A stretch of DNA of 64,000 nt, taken from positions 3,200,001 to 3,264,000 of the forward strand of contig OZ242010.1 in the NCBI GenBank assembly GCA_965204745.1. The letters are read 5' to 3'. Made by a program: the position numbers and the translations under genes. The notes under the pieces are model-generated. The model worked only from the letters and a program-made list of their open reading frames with translations, made no database searches and had not been told where the DNA came from. This DNA comes from Candidatus Latescibacterota bacterium. Lineage in GTDB: Bacteria; Latescibacterota; UBA2968. Below are positions 48,901 to 57,553 of the stretch, piece by piece. Position 1 is the stretch's first letter. Every line of letters begins with the position of its first letter.

Positions 48901-49895
48901 ATCAGATCGGGACTGCTACTGCCACCAGGAGGTGGAGGAGGCGGTACTGGGCTGCCATAACTGCCGGCAAAACTCAGAAAATCCTGAAAGTCTATCGCGC
49001 CATCGCTATTCAAATCGTACTTCGCTTGGTATCTGCTATCCCCGCGCTGGGCACCATATCGCCCTGCAAACGCCAAGAAGTCGGAAAAGCCTACCATCCC
49101 ATCGCCATCAAAATCGGGCGTGGAAGTCGTCGGAACGTTAAACGAGATCCGGCTTGTCGTGGTGAGCGTATCGCTCGAGGACAAACTTTCAGAAAGCGTC
49201 ACCAACCCAAGGCCAATGGAAAATTCCCTACCCGCGACATCGGTCGCCGTGGTGAACTCTGCCCGGGTTAGAAAACCCGACGACGCCAAACGAACCGGCG
49301 AAGTCGCCGCGAAGTCCGTGCCTGTCGGGTGTGGCAGGTTAAAGGCAAACGCGCGGTTCTCGGCTTTGACAAAGGTCAACAGAGATGCGTCGAAGTCAAA
49401 CCGAAGTTGCATGCCGGTCAAAGAGGTGGTCACGCCGGTTGCAAAAACCTCAATGGCAATGGTCGTGCCCCGTCCAGACACGGTGCCCGATGTGACGCGA
49501 TCATTTCGCTGATTGCCCGCGCCGCCATTGGGAATCAGGTCGAGCGACAGCCGCGCATTGGCATTGGGGCCAGCGGCAACTTTCGCGCGCCCTATGACAT
49601 CATCCGCGCTGTGCGTGGCCTCGTCCTCGGCGATCCATTCGCGCAACCACCGCGCATTGGCGCCAGCGGCAACTTTCGCACGCAGTGTCATGGCATCCGC
49701 GCTGTGCGTGGCTTCGTCCTCGGCGATGCGTTCAAGCAACTGCCGAGCTTTGCGGTCAGCGGCAACTTTCGCACGCTGTTCAACAATCGGGGAAGATTCC
49801 CCTGTGGTCGCGCCGCCTTGGGCATCCGGTTCGGCAAAGACCAGCGCTGAGAGCGCGGTCATCAACAGGCCTGTTGACAAAATCAGTTTACGCAT
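45981..49895 (-). CDS. Surface protein paralogue 3: cohesin-like, dockerin/EF-hand, 3 CARDB, YWTD propeller, 2 PPC-like, Cys-containing C-terminal module
   Basis: Module reading of the translation. Confidence 0.9.
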   Translation of the reverse strand: MRKLILSTGLLMTALSALVFAEPDAQGGATTGESSPIVEQRAKVAADRKARQLLERIAEDEATHSADAMTLRAKVAAGANARWLREWIAEDEATHSADDVIGRAKVAAGPNANARLSLDLIPNGGAGNQRNDRVTSGTVSGRGTTIAIEVFATGVTTSLTGMQLRFDFDASLLTFVKAENRAFAFNLPHPTGTDFAATSPVRLASSGFLTRAEFTTATDVAGREFSIGLGLVTLSESLSSSDTLTTTSRISFNVPTTSTPDFDGDGMVGFSDFLAFAGRYGAQRGDSRYQAKYDLNSDGAIDFQDFLSFAGSYGSPVPPPPPPGGSSSPDLIVESPSVSDSTLTPGQSFTLRATVRNRGTARSASTTLRYYRSSNATISTSDTEVGTDSVSGLSASRTGSESISLTAPSSTGTYYYGACVASVSGESNTNNNCSAGVRVTVSGGGGGGSGSGTPKMYWIDFVTSKIQRANLDGSNVEDLITTGLTTPYDIALDVGRGKMYWTNVDIDGRTDKIQRANLDGSNVEDLITTGLIGPLGIALDVGRGKMYWTNVDFDGGGRTSKIQRANLDGSNVEDLITTGLSGPFGIALDVGRGKMYWTDINTEKIQRANLDGSQVEDLITTGALGPYGIALDVGRGKMYWTRKYPNDPPKIQRANLDGSNVEDLITTVPATGALGPEGIALDVGRGKMYWTDINTAKIQRANLDGSQVEDLITTGVDGLSGIALDTQGTGSAGGGGGSSGGGGGGGSRPDLIVESPSVSDSTLTPGQSFTLRATVRNRGTARSASTTLRYYGSGNVGISTGDIEVGTDSVSGLSASGTSAESIILRAPSRAGTYYFGACVASVSGESNTNNNCSTGVRVTVSDDHSNTRSGATSLSLGGSRSGRIETGGDVDYFRVQVSSSGALTVYTTGNTDTYGTLQSSSGTTLETDDDDGSGTNFSIARSVSAGTYYIAVRGYSSSETGSYTVHASFQSGGSGGGGSGGGSDDHSNTRSGATSLSLGGSRSGRIETGSDVDYFRVQVSSSGTLTVYTTGNTDTYGTLQSSSGTTLETDDDDGSGRNFSIARSVSAGTYYIKVEEYGNNATGSYTVHASFQSGGSGGGSGSGSGRPDLIVESLSTSSSSGLSFTLNATVRNRGTARSAATTLRYYRSSNATISTSDTEVGTDSVSGLSASATSRESIRLTAPSRAGTYYYGACVASVSGESNTDNNCSDAVRITVSGGSGGGGGGSGGGGSGSGSLGACRVGMVVRPNQSCQISGGEFRNVGGGCFVYTPFGSGRFCLGRSFNLNGFRGTRVGNDYRIDGLP

Positions 49896-50394
49896 GAATA
49901 TCTCCTTTGCGTTGGGGGTAGCGTTTCAGCCCCAATTTGCTGATAAAACTGCGATAGATTGAACTGCTGGCTAGGGAAAGAGGTTTAAGCTTTCCTGGTT
50001 ATGCGGTAGGACAAAAAAGTCGCATCTCATCCCTCCTCTATGTGTACGTATGCCGTAGTGTGATAGGTCGATAATGACAACCACTTGTCGGCACCCTCCG
50101 CGGTATTATCGACGCCGTTGCGTGTTGCTTGTGTGAGGACAATCAGCCTGGAATCCACCAAGCAGATGTGCTCAAAATTCGCATTGTCAGTGAAAACAAA
50201 AAAATAAGCCGGCTGTTCCTCAAGGGGTTGCCACGCAGGAACTGAGCCGGCTAAAGAAAATGTTTTGGAAGAATGAAACGAATGGGGGAAAGACGGACGG
50301 AAAAAATTGATCAGGAGGGATGCGACATGGTGCAAATTGGACGGTGGAATTTTGCTCAGACAATACAGATAGGGGAAGGCGATAAGGGGAAATG

Positions 50395-50407
50395 CCCCCC
50401 CCCCCCC
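50395..50407. repeat. C13 homopolymer in the long leader of paralogue 3
   Basis: 13 consecutive C. Confidence 0.8.
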
Positions 50408-50577
50408 GAAAATCTAATGAAAACAATAAGTTGTGTTAAGTTGTGGGCAGGCAAAAAAGACCTCACACCAGCCGTCGCGGTGCCGGTGTGAACGCCCAAA
50501 AAAGTAGGATGTGAAGTCTGAATTGTCATAACAGCCAAACCCCTTTGTGATTGAGACCTACTCGGTCAACGCGGGAG

Positions 50578-50605
50578 AATATAAGCCCGTCAATCCGCCT
50601 GTCAA
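50578..50605 (-). promoter_or_regulatory. Sigma70-like promoter
   Basis: Minus strand TTGACA-N16-TATATT, pointing to paralogue 3. Confidence 0.5.
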
Positions 50606-50672
50606 GTATCTTTGCCGAAGGCATCGGTGCGAGGGCTTGTATCGTTATCGGCTCTTTCTCTGCACCTACCGG

Positions 50673-50864
50673 TTAGGGCACCCCGTCGATGCGCCACCGC
50701 GACGTGCCGGCGATTTTGCTGGCTCGGAATCCGTTGAGATTCAGACCCGGGCCCGCGCAGATAGTGCCGTAACACCCCGAAATAATACGTGCTTGTGTGG
50801 CTACACTCGAAATAAATAAACGGATCGATTCCGCACTGGTACCAGAAGCCGACAGGCCGCTCAC
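50673..50864 (-). pseudogene. Displaced 3' remnant of a paralogue (CARDB fragment + LNLNGF...RIDGVP C-terminus)
   Basis: SGLSASGTSAESIRL is CARDB sequence; ICAGPGLNLNGFRASKIAGTSRWRIDGVP* parallels the ends of paralogues 2/3 and is followed by their conserved 3' UTR. Confidence 0.7.
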
Positions 50865-53800
50865 TAGCGGACCGTGAAGGTATTCGCGCTGGTGTATTGG
50901 CGCCTAACGCCATTATTGATAAACACTAAAACCAATCGGTATTCACCGGGCTCGGTGGTTGAATAAGCACAAACTTCTTCACGGCGTTCTGTATTTGGAA
51001 TATCACGCCAAGAGTTCCCAACCTTTTTTTGCCATTTTGACGAATTGAGTGTATTGCCATTAATGGTGAGGGATAGCATGGTGCATCCACTTGTACGGAT
51101 GGTCGGCGTAATGCCAAATATCGACGGCAGGGTATATCGTACCTCCCCATTGGATACGCGCAGCGCATCTAAGGGCGTATAGTCACTGCTGCCGCCACCG
51201 CCGCCGCCACCGCCACCGCCACCACCGCTACTCACCGTAACGCGCACGCCAGCCGAGCAGTTGTTGTCGGTGTTGCTCTCCCCGCTGACGCTTGCCACGC
51301 ACGCACCGTAGTAATACGTGCCCGCACTCGATGGCGCAGTCAGACGGATCGATTCCAAACCCGTGCGCGAAGCGAACAGACCGCTGACCAAATCCGTGCC
51401 CACTTCTGTATCGCTCGTGGTGATCGTCGCGTCGGACGATTGATAATAGCGCAAGGTCGTTGTGGCTGACCGAGCCGTGCCCCGGTTGCGAACTGTGGCG
51501 CGCAGAGTGAAGGATTGCCCAGATGTCAAGGTGCTCTCGCTGACCGACGGCGATTCAACGATCAAGTCGGGCTTGAGCTCGACCACCGTGACACGCACGC
51601 CAGCCGAGCAGTTGTTGTCGGTGTTGCTCTCCCCGCTGATGCTTGCCACGCACGCGCCGTAGTAGTACGTCCCCGCACTCGATGGCGCAGTCAGACGGAT
51701 CGATTCCGGACTCGTGCGCGAAGCCGAAAGACCGCTCACGTAATCCGTGCCCACTTCTGTATCGCTCGTGGAGATCGTCGCGTCGGACGAGCGGTAGTAG
51801 CGCAAGGTTGTCGAGGCTGACGGCCCCACGCCCTGGTTGCGAACCGTGGCTCTTAGGGTAAAGGATTGACCGAGCCCCAACGTGGTGTCGCTGACCGCAG
51901 GCGATTCAACGATCAGGTCAGGAACAACGACCATGACGCGCACGCCAGCCGAGCAGTTGTTGGTGGTGTTGCTCTCCCCGCTGACGCTTGCCACGCACGC
52001 ACCGTAGTAGTACGTCCCCGCACTCGATGGCGCAGTCAGACGGATCGATTCCGGACTCGTGCGCGAAGCGGACAGACCGATGACCAAATCCGTGCCCACT
52101 TCTGTATCGCTCGTGGTGATCGTCGCGTCGGACGATTGATAATAGCGCAAGGTCGTTGTGGCTGACCGAGCCGTGCCCCGGTTGCGAACTGTGGCGCGCA
52201 GAGTGAAGGATTGCCCAGACGTCAGCGTGGTGTCGCTGACCGACAGCGATTCAACGATCAGATCGGGACTGCTACTACCGCCACCGCCACCGCTACTCAC
52301 CGTAACGCGCACGCCAGCCGAGCAGTTGTTGGTGGTGTTGCTCTCCCCGCTGACGCTTGCCACGCACGCACCGTAGTAGTACGTGCCCGCACTCGATGGC
52401 GCAGTCAGACGGATCGATTCCGGACTCGTGCGCGAAGCGGACAGACCGATGACCGAATCCGTGCCCACTTCTGTATCGCTCGTGGAGAGCGTCGCGTCGG
52501 ACGATTGATAATAGCGCAAGGTCGTTGTGGCTGACCGAGCCGTGCCCCGGTTGCGAACTGTGGCACGCAGAGTGAAGGATTGCCCAGACGTCAGCGTGGT
52601 GTCGCTGACCGACAGCGATTCAACGATCAGATCGGGACTGCTACTACCGCCGCCGCTACCTCCGCCACCACTGCCGCTACTCTGAAAACTTGCGTGAACG
52701 GTATAGCTTCCAGTCTCTGACGAGGAATAGCCTCGTACTGCGATGTAGTAGGTCCCCGCACTCACAGAGCGTGCTATGCTGAAATTCGTACCACTTCCGC
52801 CATCGTCATTGGTTGCCAAAGTGGAGCCGGAACTGCTTTGCAACGTACCATAAGTATCGGTGTTGCCTGTCGTATAAACCGTCAAGGTGCCAGAACTACT
52901 GACTTGCACCCTGAAGTAATCAACATCGCCGCCGATTTCTATCCGCCCAGAGCGTGAGCCACCCAAAGACAGGCTGGTCGCGCCAGATCGGGTATTGCTG
53001 TGGTCATCACTCACCGTAACACGCACGCCAGCCGAGCAGTTGTTGTCGGTGTTGCTCTCGCCGCTGACGCTTGCCACGCACGCACCGAAGTAGTACGTGC
53101 CCGCACTCGATGGCGCAGTCAGACGGATCGATTCCGGACTCGTGCGCGAAGTGGACAGACCGCTGACCAAATCCGTGCCCACTTCTGTATCGCTCGTGGA
53201 GATCGTCGCGTCGGACGAACGGTAGTAGCGCAAGGTCGTTTCGGCTGATTGCCCCGTGCCCCGGTTGCGAACTGTGGCACGCAAGGTGAAGGATTGCCCG
53301 GGCGTTAGCGTGCTGGCGCTGACCGACGGCGATTCAACGATCAGATCGGGACTGCTACTGCCACCAGGAGGTGGAGGCGGTGGTGGAGGCGGTACTGTAT
53401 TGCCATAACTGCCGGCAAAAATCAGAAAATCAGAAAAGTCTATCGCGCCATCGCGGTTCAAATCGTACTTGGCACGGTAGCTGCCTTCCCCTTGCCGCGT
53501 GCCATATCGCCCTGCAAACGCCAAGAAGTCGGAAAAGCCTACCATCCCATTGCCATCAAAATCGGGCGTCGGGGCCATCGGGGCCATCGCATTAAATTCA
53601 ACTCGGCTTGTCGTGGTGAGCGTGTCTCTCGATGACAAACTTTCAGAGAGCGTCACAGACGCAATGCCAATGGAAAATGCCCTGCCCGTGACATCGGTCG
53701 CCGTGGTGAACTCTGCCCGTGTTAGAAAACCCGACGACGCCAAACGAACCGGCGAAGTCGCCGCGAAGTCCGTGCCTGTCGGGTGTGGCAGGGGCAAGGA

Positions 53801-54274
53801 AAACGCGCGGTTCTCGGCTTTGACAAAGGTGACGAGGGACGCATCAAAGTCAAACCGAAGTTGCATGCCGGTCAAAGAGGTGGTCACGCCGGTTGCAAAA
53901 ACCTCAATGGCAATTTTGGTGCCTCGTCCAGACACGGTGCCCGATGTGACGCCATCATTTCGCTGATTGCCCGCGCCGCCATTGGGAATCAGATCGAGCG
54001 ACAGCGTCGCATTGGCATTGGCGCCAGCGGCAACTTTCGCGCGCCCTATGACGTCATCCGCGCTGTGCGTGGCCTCATCTTCGGCGATCCATTCGCGCAA
54101 CTGCCGCGCTTTGCGGTCAGCGGCAACTTTCGCGCGCCGTTCAGCAATCGGGAAAGATTCCCCAGCCGTCGCGCCGCCTTGGGCATCCGGTTCGGCAGCG
54201 ACCCGATAGCTCAGAAAGACCAGCACGGTCAGTGCGGTCATCAACAAGCCCGTTGACAAAACCAGTTTACGCAT
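50864..54274 (-). CDS. Surface protein paralogue 4: cohesin-like, dockerin/EF-hand, 5 CARDB, 1 PPC-like, distinct AT-richer C-terminal domain
   Basis: Start reassigned to MRKLVLSTG by homology; no YWTD; C-term DYTPLDALRVSNG...SSKWQ...VCAYS...PGEYRLV. Confidence 0.88.
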   Translation of the reverse strand: MRKLVLSTGLLMTALTVLVFLSYRVAAEPDAQGGATAGESFPIAERRAKVAADRKARQLREWIAEDEATHSADDVIGRAKVAAGANANATLSLDLIPNGGAGNQRNDGVTSGTVSGRGTKIAIEVFATGVTTSLTGMQLRFDFDASLVTFVKAENRAFSLPLPHPTGTDFAATSPVRLASSGFLTRAEFTTATDVTGRAFSIGIASVTLSESLSSRDTLTTTSRVEFNAMAPMAPTPDFDGNGMVGFSDFLAFAGRYGTRQGEGSYRAKYDLNRDGAIDFSDFLIFAGSYGNTVPPPPPPPPPGGSSSPDLIVESPSVSASTLTPGQSFTLRATVRNRGTGQSAETTLRYYRSSDATISTSDTEVGTDLVSGLSTSRTSPESIRLTAPSSAGTYYFGACVASVSGESNTDNNCSAGVRVTVSDDHSNTRSGATSLSLGGSRSGRIEIGGDVDYFRVQVSSSGTLTVYTTGNTDTYGTLQSSSGSTLATNDDGGSGTNFSIARSVSAGTYYIAVRGYSSSETGSYTVHASFQSSGSGGGGSGGGSSSPDLIVESLSVSDTTLTSGQSFTLRATVRNRGTARSATTTLRYYQSSDATLSTSDTEVGTDSVIGLSASRTSPESIRLTAPSSAGTYYYGACVASVSGESNTTNNCSAGVRVTVSSGGGGGSSSPDLIVESLSVSDTTLTSGQSFTLRATVRNRGTARSATTTLRYYQSSDATITTSDTEVGTDLVIGLSASRTSPESIRLTAPSSAGTYYYGACVASVSGESNTTNNCSAGVRVMVVVPDLIVESPAVSDTTLGLGQSFTLRATVRNQGVGPSASTTLRYYRSSDATISTSDTEVGTDYVSGLSASRTSPESIRLTAPSSAGTYYYGACVASISGESNTDNNCSAGVRVTVVELKPDLIVESPSVSESTLTSGQSFTLRATVRNRGTARSATTTLRYYQSSDATITTSDTEVGTDLVSGLFASRTGLESIRLTAPSSAGTYYYGACVASVSGESNTDNNCSAGVRVTVSSGGGGGGGGGGGGSSDYTPLDALRVSNGEVRYTLPSIFGITPTIRTSGCTMLSLTINGNTLNSSKWQKKVGNSWRDIPNTERREEVCAYSTTEPGEYRLVLVFINNGVRRQYTSANTFTVR

Positions 54275-54409
54275 GAATCTCTTCCCTTGCGTTGGGATAT
54301 AGGTGTCCATCTCACGAGTGATGGACAGATGATTGCTGACCGCGGCCTGTTCCCTTTGCTGACCGATTGACTGGGGGTTGTGGGGACTGACCACTGACAA
54401 CTGACCTCA

Positions 54410-55870
54410 TCAATCCGCCTTCTCGCCAAACTTCGCCTCATCCACAGGGCCGGGCAGTGCGCCGTGGGTGCGGAGGATTTGCCCGCCAAAGCCGAAGATG
54501 CCCGCGGTCAACAAGGCGGAGCCGACGACCAGGAACCAGTACATCCCCGCAATGCTGTTGCCGATAGCCAGCGTGCAAAAGAGCGCGGCGAAAAAGTCTC
54601 GGCGGCTCACGAACTTGATCGACACGCAAAACCGGTGGAACCATCCGCGGTCACTTTCCGGCACATCGGTCGAAAACGCAAAATAAAAACTCACCAGACT
54701 GCCCGACCCCACCACTTTCAAATACAGGAACAGCAGCAACACGCCCAGCACGTCTAAAAACACCATCACCCCGCCGAGCAGGGGGTAGAGCACTTCGCCC
54801 GTATGCGCGTACATCCCGCCGAGCACCGCGATAAAAAACACGAGATAGGACAGATCGTCCGCCAGCGTATCGACCCACTCGCCCGCGCACGACCCCATAA
54901 GTTTCAACTTGGCGATCTCGCCGTCGCACCCATCCACAATCGACGCAAATTGGAACAACAACCCACCCAGCGCGAGGTGCAAATAACTCGTCCCGCCCTG
55001 AAACACCAGCCACGCGGACAAAAAGGACAACAGCATGGTGGAAATCGACAACTGATTCGGCGTGATGGGCAGATGAACCAACAGCCGGGAAATGCGCGTG
55101 GAAATTTTGCGGTTGAAATGCCGGGAAATAAACCCATCGGTGGGCTTGCCCAGCCTGCGAAACAACTCGCCCTCTGCGTGGACGTGCGCCTCGGGCGTAT
55201 CCACATCCAGCCAAAACGCGCCATTGATATCCGCGGTTCGCATGCTGCCGCGCTCGCACAACACCCGAATCCCGCCGGACAAGGACCCGTCGCCTCGGGC
55301 GATGGACTGCGCCAGGGCCGCAAACAAAAAGGGACTACACAGAAAAATCCCGGTATCCACCGCATTGAAATCGGCCAATTCTTTGCCGATTTGAACCACG
55401 CGGTCATTGCGCGCCACGACCTTGGTGGCGTCTTCCGTATCGAAAATGCCATCGAGATCCGAATCCACGCACAGCACGGCCTCGTCTTCGCCCACCGGCA
55501 TGTGCCGCAACTTGGTCAGCACCTCCGGGTCGAACAAGTGATCGGACATCAACAGCACAAACGGCTCATCCACGTAGTCTCGCGCACACAGCACAGACCC
55601 CCCATTGCCGCGTTGCCAGTCATCGTTGTGAACCCAGTTGATCACCGCGTCTGAAAACTGCGGGTCGTCGGTCAAGGCGTGCTGGATCTCGTGCCCGCGG
55701 TACCCAATCACGATCACAAACTCGGAAATCCCCCCGCGCATCGCGGACAAAACCGCGCGCTTGAGCAAGGGCACGCCGGCCAACGGCACCAGCGGCTTGG
55801 GCAAATCCGCCCCATAACCTCGCAACCTGCTGCCCATGCCAGCGGCAATAATAACGGCCTTCTTCACCAT
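54410..55870 (-). CDS. Bifunctional NTP-transferase / CDP-alcohol phosphotransferase (IPCT/DIPPS-like)
   Basis: AVIIAAGMGSRL..PKPL, LLMSDH, WLDVDT; ITPNQLS, DGCDGEIAK...GEWVDTLADD. Start MVKKAV at 55870. Confidence 0.88.
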   Translation of the reverse strand: MVKKAVIIAAGMGSRLRGYGADLPKPLVPLAGVPLLKRAVLSAMRGGISEFVIVIGYRGHEIQHALTDDPQFSDAVINWVHNDDWQRGNGGSVLCARDYVDEPFVLLMSDHLFDPEVLTKLRHMPVGEDEAVLCVDSDLDGIFDTEDATKVVARNDRVVQIGKELADFNAVDTGIFLCSPFLFAALAQSIARGDGSLSGGIRVLCERGSMRTADINGAFWLDVDTPEAHVHAEGELFRRLGKPTDGFISRHFNRKISTRISRLLVHLPITPNQLSISTMLLSFLSAWLVFQGGTSYLHLALGGLLFQFASIVDGCDGEIAKLKLMGSCAGEWVDTLADDLSYLVFFIAVLGGMYAHTGEVLYPLLGGVMVFLDVLGVLLLFLYLKVVGSGSLVSFYFAFSTDVPESDRGWFHRFCVSIKFVSRRDFFAALFCTLAIGNSIAGMYWFLVVGSALLTAGIFGFGGQILRTHGALPGPVDEAKFGEKAD

Positions 55871-55887
55871 AGCGTTTGCAACCTTTC

Positions 55888-57240
55888 TCAATTCCCAAGC
55901 GACAACGGGCTGCGCCCAATGGCCCGCTGCAATCTCGCCCAGGATCGGTTAAAATTGAACACGGCTTCGTAGTATTTGGCGCGAATAATGCCGTACTCTT
56001 TCGCGGCATCGATCATCTCGGATGCCTCTTCAAGCCCTGCGTTAAATCCATCTCGAACCGACACAAACCACCGGCGGGTCGCCCGCCGCGCCTTGCCGGC
56101 TGCCTGCATGTTTTTCTCTGCTTCGACCCATGCGCGGTAAATCCGCTCGATTTCAATGGCGATGCCTTTCTCGGCCAACTGCTTTTGATACAGCAACTTG
56201 CGGTGTTCCAAATTCGCCCTTCGCGTCTTGACCGATGCGAGCCCAAACGACAGGGATTGCCGAATCCCGATCACCGCGCCGGCTTGCAACACATTGAAAT
56301 CGTCCTTGGCAAACGGACTCGTCTGATCGTCGCGGTTCGGCGCGTACCCGTACTTGAACTGACCCGCGATAAAAATTTGCGGATACTGCTCGGCCTTTGC
56401 CACCTGCGCCAGAGAGGCGCGCACCTGCGCCGCGGCGTCCAACTGCTGCACATCCTCGCGCTCGCCTGCGCGTTGCAAATAAAATTCGAGCGGCTCGATC
56501 TCCACCTCTATCGGCGTCAGCGGCTCGGCCAGCGCGAGTGAATCCGAGTCGCTCAACCCCAAGAGCAAGCGCATCGCGGACTCGGCCAGTGCTTTGGTCT
56601 TGACCGCGGCATGCACCTTCTCGTTCACGTCAAAGGCAAATCGGTCGATGCGCCCCAAATCCGCGTACGTAAAATCGCCCTCATCCGCGTCCAATTTTTC
56701 TGCCACAAAATCGCGTGCGGTTTGAAAATCGCTTTGTGCCTCCAGCGCCAGCGCGACCAGATCATCGGCTAATTGCAGGCCAAAATACACCTCGGCAACT
56801 TGGAGTTCGAGATCCCCCCGTGCTTTTCGCAACCCGGCTTCTCGCGCTGCGATTCCGGCCCTTGCCGCGGCCTTGGCCCCTGCCAACTGCCCAAACGTGA
56901 ACACCGGTTGCACGAGCGTGGCCTCGGTCTGCGTGAAAATGCTCATCTGACTCAACCGCGTCTCGCCGACGAGCGCGTTGCCCCGGGCCTCGGGCGACGG
57001 GCCGATCACGGAGCGCACTTCAAATTGCGGCAAAAAGCGCGCGGCATTGACCTGATCCAACTGCGTCTGTGCGAGCTCGACATCCACCCGCGCGGCGCGC
57101 ACCCCCGGATGCACCTGCATGGCCCGCGCAATGCTCGACGCCAAATCGTACGTTTCCGCGCACAGGTCAGATCCACACGCGATGACCCAGATCGCGCACA
57201 ACTGTGAAAAAACAACACACCTGTTGCAATTTATCAACAC
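55888..57240 (-). CDS. TolC-family outer membrane efflux protein
   Basis: Signal peptide; AARFLP, LVQPVFTFG, AEVYF, EQYPQI, duplicated helical halves; AAGGAGGT RBS before GTG. Confidence 0.88.
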   Translation of the reverse strand: MLINCNRCVVFSQLCAIWVIACGSDLCAETYDLASSIARAMQVHPGVRAARVDVELAQTQLDQVNAARFLPQFEVRSVIGPSPEARGNALVGETRLSQMSIFTQTEATLVQPVFTFGQLAGAKAAARAGIAAREAGLRKARGDLELQVAEVYFGLQLADDLVALALEAQSDFQTARDFVAEKLDADEGDFTYADLGRIDRFAFDVNEKVHAAVKTKALAESAMRLLLGLSDSDSLALAEPLTPIEVEIEPLEFYLQRAGEREDVQQLDAAAQVRASLAQVAKAEQYPQIFIAGQFKYGYAPNRDDQTSPFAKDDFNVLQAGAVIGIRQSLSFGLASVKTRRANLEHRKLLYQKQLAEKGIAIEIERIYRAWVEAEKNMQAAGKARRATRRWFVSVRDGFNAGLEEASEMIDAAKEYGIIRAKYYEAVFNFNRSWARLQRAIGRSPLSLGN

Positions 57241-57350
57241 CTACCTCCTTGAACGCGCGGCAAAATTCGCAATCCCCAAAACGATGTCTCGATTAAACAA
57301 CGAGTTACGACGATCTATGACAAACGGGTACAAAACATGGCCTTGATATA

Positions 57351-57367
57351 TGCGAAAACCGTGCCAG
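57351..57367 (-). promoter_or_regulatory. Sigma54 (-24/-12) promoter candidate upstream of tolC-like operon
   Basis: Minus strand CTGGCACG-GTTT-TCGCA vs consensus YTGGCACG-N4-TTGCW, correct GG/GC spacing. Confidence 0.6.
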
Positions 57368-57413
57368 TTCTAAAATGGACAAAAAAACCCGGGCAAGTGC
57401 CCGGGGGAATCTG

Positions 57414-57446
57414 GAGACGGGAGAGGTGAGACGGGAGAGGTGAGAC
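57414..57446. repeat. Heptamer tandem repeat (GAGACGG/GAGAGGT)
   Basis: Alternating 7-mers. Confidence 0.75.
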
Positions 57447-57553
57447 CACCCCCCCACCGGAAAGGGAAAAAAGAAAACCGCCATCTGCGTTTGTGCAGAC
57501 AGCGGCGTTTCAATCTTTGTTCTCATGGAAGTAAAGCGCGAGGATTGCTTTTT

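Noticed and set aside
50027-50335. 102-aa ORF in the leader of paralogue 3
   Set aside because: No RBS or family motif and atypical composition; likely non-coding
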